A DNA stretch of 64,000 nt from Spirochaetia bacterium. Lineage in GTDB: Bacteria; Spirochaetota; Spirochaetia; CADAEX01. A program made the position numbers and the translations under genes. Shown here one piece after another: positions 50,854 through 60,076 of this stretch (the first letter of the stretch is position 1; every line of letters begins with the position of its first letter). The DNA is taken from positions 184,062 to 248,061 of the forward strand of contig CAXXHA010000035.1 of assembly GCA_963662265.2 (NCBI GenBank). The letters run 5' to 3'. The notes beneath the pieces were generated by a model that made no database searches, was not told the origin of the DNA, and was given only the letters and a program-made list of their open reading frames with translations.

Positions 50854-50951
50854 TTTTGAAAGTTTCTTCACCGGCAGCTGTTCAGTAAATTTTATTATGT
50901 TTAAAAAATATAACAGGTGAGTATATGAATTATTGATAAGTTGTTAAAAAC

Positions 50952-51012
50952 CACAAAAACACACAAAAAACCACAAAAATGGGTTGCAAGCTGTACATAA
51001 CAGGTTTATTAT
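50952..51012 (+). promoter_or_regulatory. pbfA promoter with three CACAAAAA direct repeats (10-bp period)
   Basis: CACAAAAA at 50952, 50962 and 50972; TTGCAA 50984-50989 + 17 bp + TATTAT 51007-51012. Confidence 0.55.
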
Positions 51013-51155
51013 AAGGAAATTGCTGAAAATATAGTTTGGTGATTTTTTGCTGGTAAACATCTAAGGTTTTATACAGGTTTGACTGGGAAATATTCGCATT
51101 TGCGAGTTTTCAGGAGTACACATAAAATAAGCAACTTGCACAGAGAGGTAGCTGG

Positions 51156-52541
51156 ATGGAAGTTTTAGGGAAAAAGGAATTGGCGGTAAGTCGGGAACAG
51201 GGCGATATTAACACGAGTGATGAAAGACATAAGTACTGGGAGCGGAATCTCAGTAAAGAGGCAAGGGAAATATTTGAAGAGGATAAGAAATATTTCCTTC
51301 ATCAGGCTCTTTCAACTCCTGTACTGAATGTTCTGAAAAAGACTGACGGAATTTATATTGAAGACTGTGACGGCAGGAAATATATAGATATGCATGGTAA
51401 CGGTGTACATAATGCAGGATTCAGCAATCCGGAAGTAATTGAAGCTGTTAAAAAGCAGCTTGATGAAAAATTGGCATTTACTCCCAGACGTTACACAAAT
51501 GCCCCAGCAGTAAAACTTGCAAAAAAACTTGTTGAGATAACTCCTGAAGGTCTTGATAAGACTCTCTTCTGTCCCGGGGGGTCTGAGGCAAATGAAATGG
51601 CCCTTTCCCTTGCAAAGCAGGTAACAGGGAATTTCAGGACAATCTCATTCTGGGATTCATTTCACGGGGCAGGATATGCTGCATCAAGTGTAGGCGGGGA
51701 AGAGCACTTCAAGGGTGGACAGGGCCCGATGGTTCCCGGCGCATTTAAGGTTGAATTTCCCAACTATTACAGAAATCCATGGGGTTTTGAAAATGAAGAG
51801 CAGGTAGACAATGAATGCCTCAGGCAGATGGAGCTGATTTTCAGGAGGGAACCTGGTGTTGCAGCTGTTCTTGGTGAGCCTGTATCTGCAACCCCTGTAG
51901 TTCCCGGAAAGAATTTCTGGGGCAGGGTGAAGGAGTTGGCCCACAGGTATGGCGCTCTGCTTATTTTTGATGAGGTTATTGAAGGATTCGGAAGAACAGG
52001 CAAGATGTTTGCATGTGAGCATTTTATTACACCGGATATACTTGTGCTGGGAAAATCAATGGGGGGAGGTCTTGTACCGTTTGCCGGGATTGTAACAAAG
52101 TCTGAATATGATGTTCTTCACCACAGATCTATCGGTCATTATACACATGAGAAAAATCCTCTCTGCAGTGCAGCCGGGCTTGCAGAGATTGAATATATTG
52201 AAAAGAACAATCTTGTTGAAAATTCCAGGATCGTCGGAGAATATGCGATAGAGAGGTTCAATGAACTTAAAGCGAAACACCGGATAATCGGCAATGTGGC
52301 TGGTGTAGGCTGCCATCTGGGTATTGATCTTGTGAAGGACCGGAATACAAAAGAACGAGCTGTCGTGGAAGCTGAGTCTGTCATGTATAAATGCATGGAA
52401 AAGGGACTTGCTTTCAAGCTTATAGAAAGCAATATAATTACACTGCGTCCATCAATTCTCATCAGCAGGGATGAAATGGGGTGGTGTATTGATACTATAG
52501 AAGAAGCTATTATTGAAGTTGAGAATGGTAATTACTATTAG
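51156..52541 (+). CDS. pbfA: (R)-1-hydroxy-2-aminoethylphosphonate ammonia-lyase-like class III PLP enzyme
   Basis: Class III fold (DEV, LGKSMGGG) with the PbfA-type N-terminus REQGDINTS...FLHQALSTP...DMHGNGVH, plus PRRYTN, SFWDSFHGA and GHYTHEKNP. Confidence 0.78.
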   Translation: MEVLGKKELAVSREQGDINTSDERHKYWERNLSKEAREIFEEDKKYFLHQALSTPVLNVLKKTDGIYIEDCDGRKYIDMHGNGVHNAGFSNPEVIEAVKKQLDEKLAFTPRRYTNAPAVKLAKKLVEITPEGLDKTLFCPGGSEANEMALSLAKQVTGNFRTISFWDSFHGAGYAASSVGGEEHFKGGQGPMVPGAFKVEFPNYYRNPWGFENEEQVDNECLRQMELIFRREPGVAAVLGEPVSATPVVPGKNFWGRVKELAHRYGALLIFDEVIEGFGRTGKMFACEHFITPDILVLGKSMGGGLVPFAGIVTKSEYDVLHHRSIGHYTHEKNPLCSAAGLAEIEYIEKNNLVENSRIVGEYAIERFNELKAKHRIIGNVAGVGCHLGIDLVKDRNTKERAVVEAESVMYKCMEKGLAFKLIESNIITLRPSILISRDEMGWCIDTIEEAIIEVENGNYY

Positions 52542-52728
52542 TTTTTGAACCTGAAAAGCTGCAGTTTTGAAACTGATGATCCTGTATATAAGTAAATACT
52601 CCACGAATGTGTGATATATCCGGCTTGCCGGGTATATCTCCTTAATTTAATTATATTCAGAAACCTGACATGAAATAGGAGCTTCGATATTGAATATCCG
52701 TTTCAATTCCATTAATAAACAGATAACC

Positions 52729-52816
52729 CTAACACAAATCTAACAGAAACCTAACATAAGTTGCAATAAATATTGATTAATTGTTAGATGAATGTTAAAT
52801 GTTAGGATAATGTTAG
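52729..52816. promoter_or_regulatory. Pho-box-like arrays: CTAACA x3 (11-bp period) and inverted TGTTAR x4
   Basis: CTAACA at 52729, 52740 and 52751; TGTTAG/TGTTAA at 52782, 52793, 52800 and 52811. Confidence 0.55.
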
Positions 52817-52872
52817 GAAGTGTATACAGTTCCAGTATACATCCATCATTAAAACAACTCAAGGAGAAGGTT

Positions 52873-53847
52873 ATGAAGAAAACATTGATTATTCTTGCTA
52901 CGGTATTGCTTTTTTCAGCACAGGTTTTTGCAAACGGAACAATGGAAGGAAACGGAGCAGTAAAAAAACACGCAGTAATGGGTGTATCAGGACTTGGAGG
53001 CAGCGCTTATCCTGTAATGGCAGTTATCAGCGGACTTGTTGAAAAGAATACTGATTCAAAAGTTACAGTTCAGTCATCAGGCGGCGGGACTGAAAATATC
53101 AGACTCATGCAGCAGGGACAGTACCAGATGGGGTACTCAGAAGCAAATGTGATGGCTTACGGGTATAATGGAACAGATCTTTTCGAAGGTAATCCTTACA
53201 AGGATATGAGATTTGTAGCAAATGCATATCCGCTTGTATTCCAGGCAGTAGTTCATAAAAGCAGCAAAATCAAGAATCTTGAAGATATGAAAGGAAAATC
53301 TTTTTCACCGGGCTGTGCAGGTTCAGGTGATGAATCAGGATGGGCGGAAATCTTTAAAGCAGCTGGTCTTGAAAAAGAAGATCTTATCTGGAAACCTCTT
53401 ACTCATACAGAAAGAGCAATGGCATTTAAAGACCATGTACTTGACAGTGTAGGGTATGAAACATCATGTCCTTCAGGATCAATTCTTGAAGCGTCAGCTC
53501 AGAATCCTGTAACAATTCTTGCAATCACAGGTGATGTAAGAAAAAGAGTATTTGAAATGTATCCCTGGTATTCTCCATGGACTATTCCTGCAGGATCTTA
53601 TAACGGCCAGGATGAAGAAGTTGAAACATGTGTAGTAGGTGCTGCTATTATGGCAGATGCCAATCTTAATCCTGAAGTTATTTATGACTGGCTTTATGCT
53701 ATGTTTGATACTGATATGAAATCAGTACAGAGTGTACATGCTATGAGTAAATTCATCACTCTTGAATCTGCTCTTGACGGCAGAGGTCCGGTTCCTTTTC
53801 ATGATGGGGCTGCAAAATACTATAAAGAAAAAGGCATGATCGATTAA
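52873..53847 (+). CDS. TAXI family TRAP solute receptor (paralog 2, no adjacent permease)
   Basis: RBS AAGGAG before ATG 52873 (track starts at 52792); long identical blocks shared with 10385-11362 (VTVQSSGGGTENIRLM, DLIWKPL, VLDSVGYET, DGRGPVP). Confidence 0.92.
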   Translation: MKKTLIILATVLLFSAQVFANGTMEGNGAVKKHAVMGVSGLGGSAYPVMAVISGLVEKNTDSKVTVQSSGGGTENIRLMQQGQYQMGYSEANVMAYGYNGTDLFEGNPYKDMRFVANAYPLVFQAVVHKSSKIKNLEDMKGKSFSPGCAGSGDESGWAEIFKAAGLEKEDLIWKPLTHTERAMAFKDHVLDSVGYETSCPSGSILEASAQNPVTILAITGDVRKRVFEMYPWYSPWTIPAGSYNGQDEEVETCVVGAAIMADANLNPEVIYDWLYAMFDTDMKSVQSVHAMSKFITLESALDGRGPVPFHDGAAKYYKEKGMID

Positions 53848-53894
53848 TCTGAAAATATTTTTCAGAAGATAATTGCTGCTTCGCTGCAGTAATG

Positions 53895-53931
53895 AAAAAT
53901 CCCTGTTCCCGGTCCGGACAGGGATTTTTTT
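53895..53931 (+). terminator. Rho-independent terminator
   Basis: AAAAATCCCTGTtCC-cggtcc-GGACAGGGATTTTTTT. Confidence 0.75.
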
Positions 53932-53993
53932 GATAATAATCCTTAATTCAGTTTATAATAAATTTAAGAAGATTGCTTATTTTGAATAGCTGA

Positions 53994-54158
53994 TTATCAT
54001 TAGAATCAATTGAAAACTATCCTCCCCGGGGGGGATGGGTATATGCGTATCTTCATAAAAAACATAAAGAGCTTGTAAAACCTCTTGAGAAGGTATTGAA
54101 GAGAATGCATGATTCCGGGATTATCCTGAAATATAAAAAGGAATCTGAAAAACCATAA
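53994..54158 (+). pseudogene. Remnant C-terminus of an SBP-family-3-like protein
   Basis: Start-less open frame LSLESIENYPPRGGWVYAYLHKKHKELVKPLEKVLKRMHDSGII..., preceded by TGA at 53991. Confidence 0.45.
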
Positions 54159-54203
54159 ACACTTCCTGTGTTATCTGACAATTTCAATCAGGGCTGTGAA
54201 ATA

Positions 54204-54965
54204 CTATCGTATCAATACAAGCCGACTGCTGCTGTATTTTTCATAAAGATCATCTGACAATCCGGAGTCTGTAATGATTCTGTCTGCATAATCAAGACTG
54301 CACATTTTCAAAAGGCATACCCTCTCAAAATTGCTGCTTGTTGCAAGAATTGTTTTGCAGCCTGATATTTCCATCATTTTTTTCTGGGTCTGAAGTTCAT
54401 CAATCCTCAGGTCTGTAATACCCTCGTCAAGTGATATGCCGCTTGCACTTATAAATGCAGTGTCTACCCTGAACCGTCCGAGGTTGTCCTCTGTCATTTC
54501 GCCGAAAACTGAGTATTCATTGTTTTTGAAAACCCCGCCTGCAAGGATTATGGTATAGTTATTCATCTCAGACAGTTCATTCAGGACTTTAAGTGAATTA
54601 GTAAGTATTGTAAGCCTTGTGAATTTTTCCCTTAACTTTTTAGCAAGCTCCAGTGTTGTTGTCCCGCAGTCAAGGGCAAGGGAATCCCCCTCTTTTATAA
54701 ACCGGAGTGCTTTTTCTGCAATTTCCTGCTTTTCCCATTCATGTTCTTTTTCCCTGTAGTTGAATGCAGGGTATTTTTTATTGCTTTTCTCAAGTGTTGC
54801 TCCGCCATGTACTCTTTTAACAAATCCCTCTTTTTCGAGATTTTCAAGGTCTCTTCTTATAGTTTCTGAAGAGACGGAAAAGAGCCGGTTAAGGTCTGCT
54901 GCTCTGACAAAACCAGATTTTTCAATTAATGACAGTATTTTTTCATACCTTTCCTGGGGATACAT
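54204..54965 (-). CDS. DeoR/GlpR family transcriptional regulator
   Basis: VSSETIRRDL, RVHGGA, LDCGTTT, TNSL. Confidence 0.93.
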   Translation of the reverse strand: MYPQERYEKILSLIEKSGFVRAADLNRLFSVSSETIRRDLENLEKEGFVKRVHGGATLEKSNKKYPAFNYREKEHEWEKQEIAEKALRFIKEGDSLALDCGTTTLELAKKLREKFTRLTILTNSLKVLNELSEMNNYTIILAGGVFKNNEYSVFGEMTEDNLGRFRVDTAFISASGISLDEGITDLRIDELQTQKKMMEISGCKTILATSSNFERVCLLKMCSLDYADRIITDSGLSDDLYEKYSSSRLVLIR

Positions 54966-54978
54966 TTTTTACCTGCCT

Positions 54979-55395
54979 CTATTCGCCGATAATCTTTACA
55001 AGGACCCGTTTTTTTCTCATCCCGTCAAATTCGCCGTAGAATATCTGTTCCCAGGGGCCGAAATCAAGCCTTCCTTCTGTAACTGCAACCACAACTTCTC
55101 TTCCCATTACCTGCCGTTTCAGGTGAGCATCACCGTTGTCTTCAAATCCGTTATGTTTATACTGTGAATGGGGTTTTTCAGGGGCCAGCTTTTCAAGCCA
55201 TTTCTCATAATCCTGATGAAGCCCTGATTCATCATCATTAATAAATACACTTGCTGTTATGTGCATTGCATTAACAAGGCAGAGCCCTTCCCTGATACCG
55301 CTTTTATCAAGCTCTCTTTCAATATCATGTGTAATATTAATAAATGCCCGCCTGGTATTTGTCTGATAATACAGTTCTTTTCTGTGTGATTTCAT
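54979..55395 (-). CDS. yjbQ: YjbQ/UPF0047 family protein
   Basis: [39 protein letters not shown]. Confidence 0.9.
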   Translation of the reverse strand: MKSHRKELYYQTNTRRAFINITHDIERELDKSGIREGLCLVNAMHITASVFINDDESGLHQDYEKWLEKLAPEKPHSQYKHNGFEDNGDAHLKRQVMGREVVVAVTEGRLDFGPWEQIFYGEFDGMRKKRVLVKIIGE

Positions 55396-55627
55396 TATTT
55401 AAATTCCCTGTAATGTGATTTCTAATTACTATATCATGATTTCCTGTGAACAAAAACTGAATTACTTTTATTGTTTTGTTTTTATCGCAAACAGGAATAA
55501 ACTCCTGAATTCCTGAACCCGGATGAGTTTTCCATGAACCAGTCAGCTCAAATATTTACTGTTACCTGATTTTTACCGGGTAAATATTCCTGTTAAAAAA
55601 ACTCCCTTTTTGTTATACTTCTCCTGT

Positions 55628-56371
55628 ATGGATAAAAATATAAAAATCTCACTCGACAATGTATCGTTTTCATATGAGGAAAAGCCGGTACTGAGCAATA
55701 TAAGTTTCAATGTTTATGACAGGGATATTATAACTGTTGTTGGGCCGAACGGTGGGGGGAAGACAACCCTCCTGAAACTGATACTGGGACTTCTGAAACC
55801 TGACAGCGGTACTGTAAAAATCAACGGTCCCCGCCCCGGTTATGTGCCCCAGTTTTCCCATTTTGACAGTAAATTTCCAATTACTGTGTTTGATGTTATT
55901 CTTTCCGGACGGCTTACCCCGGGGTGGGGATTCTACAGCAGGAACGATAAAAATGAGGCTGAAAAAGCAATATCTGATATGCGCCTGGAAGGGGTAAGAA
56001 ACAGCCATTTTTCCGCCCTCTCAGGGGGGCAGAGACAGAGGGTGCTCATTGCAAGAGCTCTTGCCGGGAACCCGGAGATCCTTCTTCTCGATGAACCGAC
56101 AGCCAATGTAGATGCATCTGTAGGTTCCTATCTTTCAGAAATCCTTCTCAAACTGAACCGGCAGCTTACAATTATGCTTGTGACCCATGATATGGGTTTT
56201 GTTCACAGTTTAACAGGACGTGTTTTCTGTATTAACAGGGATTTTCATGAACATCCGCTTGAATGCGTTGAAGAGGAAGCTTCACTTGCAGGGCATCAGA
56301 AAGGGATGAAGCTTGTGAGGCATGATATCCAGCTTAACAGGGGAGACTGCGGAGGATGTTTCAATGATTGA
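55628..56371 (+). CDS. Zn/Mn ABC transporter ATPase (ZnuC-like)
   Basis: GPNGGGKTT, GYVPQ, LSGGQRQRVLIARAL, DEPTANVD; His/Cys-containing tail. The track starts at TTG 55610. Confidence 0.9.
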   Translation: MDKNIKISLDNVSFSYEEKPVLSNISFNVYDRDIITVVGPNGGGKTTLLKLILGLLKPDSGTVKINGPRPGYVPQFSHFDSKFPITVFDVILSGRLTPGWGFYSRNDKNEAEKAISDMRLEGVRNSHFSALSGGQRQRVLIARALAGNPEILLLDEPTANVDASVGSYLSEILLKLNRQLTIMLVTHDMGFVHSLTGRVFCINRDFHEHPLECVEEEASLAGHQKGMKLVRHDIQLNRGDCGGCFND

Positions 56372-57251
56372 AAATTTTTTATCTGCTCTTTTTAATCCTT
56401 CAATTCCTTTTATCAGGTATGCATTCCTGGCGGGGCTTTTTTCAAGCATTGCATTCGGAATGATCGGGACATATGTTGTTGTCAAGAGGATAAGTTATAT
56501 AGCAGGTTCTGTAAGCCATGCAACACTTGCAGGTATCGGATTTGCAGTTTATATGAATGAGGTGCATTCTGTTTCCTGGCTGACTCCGATGGCAGGGGGG
56601 CTTGTTTCCGCCCTGATAACAGCAGTCATACTCTCGTTTGTCACAAACAGCAACAGGGAGAGGTCAGATACAGCGATTGGAACTGTGTGGGCCCTTGGAA
56701 TGGCTGTCGGAATTCTCTTTATTTATGCCTCTCCCGGATACGGAGATCCCATGAGTTATCTGTTCGGCAATATTCTTCTGATAAAGAAAACAGATCTCTT
56801 CATGATTCTTATCCTTGATGCGGTGATAGCCTCGGTTGTAGTACTTTTCTACAACAGGTTTCTTTCAGTCTCATTTGATGAGGAATTCGCAAGAGTAAGA
56901 GGGATAAATACTTTTGTTTATAATATGCTGCTTACAGTTCTAATCGCCTTGACTGTTGTACTCATGGTCTCGACTGTCGGGATTGTCATGGTAATAGCAT
57001 TTATGACTATACCCCCGGCTACAGCATCGCTTTTTACAAGAAGGCTGTGGAAAATGATGCTTCTTGCATCTTTATTCTGTGCATTTACTTCTCTTTCAGG
57101 CCTCTTCATAAGCTATTCTGTAAATATACCTTCAGGTGCGACAACAATAATCTCAGCCGGGATTATATATTTTTCGGCTGCACTGGTTAAAAGGGGATTT
57201 GATGTAAGGCTTAAAAAGAAAACCGCTTTGAATAAATTGGAGGATTTCTGA
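56364..57251 (+). CDS. Zn/Mn ABC transporter permease (ZnuB-like)
   Basis: SHATLAG, DTAIG, YLFGNIL, FDEEFARVRG. Confidence 0.9.
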   Translation: MIENFLSALFNPSIPFIRYAFLAGLFSSIAFGMIGTYVVVKRISYIAGSVSHATLAGIGFAVYMNEVHSVSWLTPMAGGLVSALITAVILSFVTNSNRERSDTAIGTVWALGMAVGILFIYASPGYGDPMSYLFGNILLIKKTDLFMILILDAVIASVVVLFYNRFLSVSFDEEFARVRGINTFVYNMLLTVLIALTVVLMVSTVGIVMVIAFMTIPPATASLFTRRLWKMMLLASLFCAFTSLSGLFISYSVNIPSGATTIISAGIIYFSAALVKRGFDVRLKKKTALNKLEDF

Positions 57252-57423
57252 AATATTCCGGGATTTCCAGGTAAAGAATCATGCTGATAAAGCTTGAATC
57301 TGTTATACAATGGATATATAAATTAAAAAGATATATTATTATTGATTCGTAATGAATAATATATTTAAGAACCTGTTACAGGTTTATATAATGATGTGCT
57401 AATAATCAAAAAGGATGGATTAA

Positions 57424-58269
57424 ATGAAAAGATTTGCAATGACTTTACTGGTTGTTCTTCTTGCTGTTTCATTCACCAGCAGCCTCTGGGCAGGGGGAAA
57501 AAAAGAGGAAAAAAAGGCTGAATCTGTAAGAAGCAGCGAATTCAGCAATCTTCCGGATCTTAAAGGAAGAGTTGTAAAAGCTGTTACAGGTAATGATTAT
57601 CCCCCTCTTAATTTTGTCGAAGCTTCTACAGGCAAGGCAATAGGATGGGAGTATGATGCTGTCAATGAAATCGGAAGAAGGCTTAACTGCGAAATTGAAT
57701 GGAATGTTACAACATGGGATACAATGATTTCAGCTGTCAGGGCCGGCCAGTTTGATGTGGGAATGGACGGGATTACCATCAATGCTGAAAGGGAAGAGCA
57801 GATTGATTTTTCCGATCCCTATATGGTTTCACAGCAGTTCATGCTTGTCAGGAAAGATGAAGCAAGATTCGAAAATGAAAAGGAATTTGCCGCAGACAAG
57901 GACCTTCTTATCGGGGCTCAGGCAGGTACTACAAATTTTTATGTTGCTGTCTACAATGTTCTTGACGGAGATGAGGCAAACAAGAGAATTAAACTCTTTG
58001 AAACTTTCGGAGCATCTGTTCAGGCGCTGATTGCAGGTGATGTTGATATGGTTCTCATGGATGCAGCATCAAGCAGAGGCTATATCGGGGCTAATCCTGA
58101 AAAACTGAAAAATACAGGCGGTCCCCTCGGAACTGAGGAGTTCGGTTTTATTTTCACACCGGATTCAGACCTCAGAGTTCCATTCAATGAAGCTCTCGCA
58201 TCAATGAAAGAGGACGGATTTCTCGAAAAACTCAATACAAAGTGGTTTTTCGAATACAGCAATAAATAG
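57424..58269 (+). CDS. Polar amino acid ABC substrate-binding protein
   Basis: Signal peptide, DYPPLNF, WDTMISAV, GITINAEREEQIDFSDPY, GAQAGTT. Confidence 0.9.
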   Translation: MKRFAMTLLVVLLAVSFTSSLWAGGKKEEKKAESVRSSEFSNLPDLKGRVVKAVTGNDYPPLNFVEASTGKAIGWEYDAVNEIGRRLNCEIEWNVTTWDTMISAVRAGQFDVGMDGITINAEREEQIDFSDPYMVSQQFMLVRKDEARFENEKEFAADKDLLIGAQAGTTNFYVAVYNVLDGDEANKRIKLFETFGASVQALIAGDVDMVLMDAASSRGYIGANPEKLKNTGGPLGTEEFGFIFTPDSDLRVPFNEALASMKEDGFLEKLNTKWFFEYSNK

Positions 58270-58326
58270 ATTTTAGAGGCAGGCTGCACCGGAAAGGGCA
58301 GCCTGTTTTTTTGAGGAGCATTCCAG

Positions 58327-59176
58327 TTGGACAACAGAAAAAAAATAAACAGCAGATTCCTTCCAGTTTCAGACCGTATATCCAGACTTCCTGTCTGGCT
58401 TCTTGCAGCGGTAATACTGGGCATAATATTTCTCTGGAAAACAACCCAGAATTCAGAGTATTCAGTTATTCTCAATGCTGTCGCAAAAGGTATCAGGACA
58501 ACTGTATGGGTATCTGTAACTGCATATTTTTTTGCAGCCCTCCTGGGGCTCCTGTTCGGGCTTATGAAAACCTCATCCCTGAGGGTTCTGAGGGAAATCG
58601 CAACTTTCTACATAGAGATTGTGAGGGGAATTCCTATGCTTGTAATTCTCTATTATATAGCATTTGTCGGCGCTCCTATTCTGGTCCAGTTTGTAAACTG
58701 GCTGATGATTCCTGTAATTTCTCTCGGTATTGCAGAACCCTTGAGTATCAGGGATCTTGATTTTGTATCCCGTGCTGTTCTGGCACTTACCATTGGCTAC
58801 AGCGCTTTTATCGCTGAAATATTCAGGGCGGGAATCGAATCTGTAGGAAGGGGACAGAAGGAAGCAGCTGCAGCGCTGGGTCTTTCAAGGTGGCAGGCAA
58901 TGAGAAAGGTCATCCTTCCCCAGGCGGTCAGGAATGTACTCCCCCCTCTTGCAAATGATTTTGTCGCAATGGTAAAGGATTCAGCCCCTTGTTTCCGCCC
59001 TTGGTGTGCAGGATATAACACAGCTTGGAAAAGTCTATTCATCTTCAACTTTCAGGTTTTTTGAAACATATAATATAGTCGCATTCCTGTATCTGGTCAT
59101 GACAGTCTCTCTGTCTCTTTTAATCAGGATTCTTGAAAAGCATATGTCGAAAGGGCGTGTCAGGGAAGGCAGCTGA
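58327..59176 (+). pseudogene. Polar amino acid ABC permease with a +1 frameshift (probably a sequencing error)
   Basis: Removing one C from C4 at 58985-58988 restores [18 protein letters not shown]...[16 protein letters not shown]... through to TGA 59174-59176. Confidence 0.82.
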
Positions 59177-59337
59177 TCAGCTGCTTCTCATGCCGTTTGT
59201 GACTGGCAGCGCCTCTGTTTCTTTCAGAAATCTGATACTTTTACCGTGATTATCATTATTTCCTCCTGGATACTGTCTCTAAGTTCCAACTCGTATATCA
59301 GTTCTTTCCCTGATTTTCCTGTTAAAAATACTAAATG

Positions 59338-60076
59338 CTAAGCCTTATCAAGAAGGCTTTTAATCCCGTAGTCTGCAATCACAAGGCCGAATACTGCTGT
59401 TACTGACGGGTAGCTTCCAAGTATGTTTCTCTCTCTTCCCCTGACAAAGTCTGATGATTCATCCTCCTCAGGTGCTCTTATTCCTGTTTTTAGCGGGTTT
59501 TCATAAGAATATACACATCTTATACCTGAAGTTATCCCTTTTCTCCTGAGGTATTTTCTTAAATTTTCTTGCAAGGGGGCATATATCTGTCTCAAAAAGA
59601 TCTGCAACTTTTATTTTCAACGGATCAGTTCTCAGGGCTGCCCCCATTGATGAAATTCCGTTGAGTCTTTTTTCATGTATGTAGGTGAGGAGTTCTATTT
59701 TAGGGCCTAGCGAATCAATAGCATCTACAACAAGGTCAGGGCTGTCTGAGAATATTTCTTCAAATGTTTCCCTGTGGGCAAACATTTCCATCTCTTCCAC
59801 TTCCGCATCCGGATTGATGTCTCTTATTCTTTCTGCAATTACATTGACCTTGCTTCTTCCTATTGTCGATTCAAGGGCAGCCACATGCCTGTTTATATTG
59901 GACCTTGAAATATTGTCAAAGTCTACAAGCCTGAATTTTGAAATACCGCTCCTTGCAAGCCCTTCTGCTGCAAAACCTCCCACAGCGCCGAGACCTATAA
60001 TTGTGACTCTCTTTCCTGTGAGCCTATTGAATTTATCATTGCCCAGAAGTTGTATAATCCGTGAAAATCTTTCCAT
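59338..60076 (-). pseudogene. tcdA: tRNA threonylcarbamoyladenosine dehydratase (ThiF/MoeB family) with a +1 frameshift (probably a sequencing error)
   Basis: GLGAVGG, SNINRH, VDAID, ISSMGA. Removing one base at 59561-59563 joins CPLARK to LRKYLRRKGI...VYSYE. Confidence 0.82.

Noticed and set aside
52792-52872. N-terminal extension of TAXI paralog 2 in the ORF track
   Set aside because: It overlaps the promoter repeats; the RBS and signal peptide place the start at 52873.
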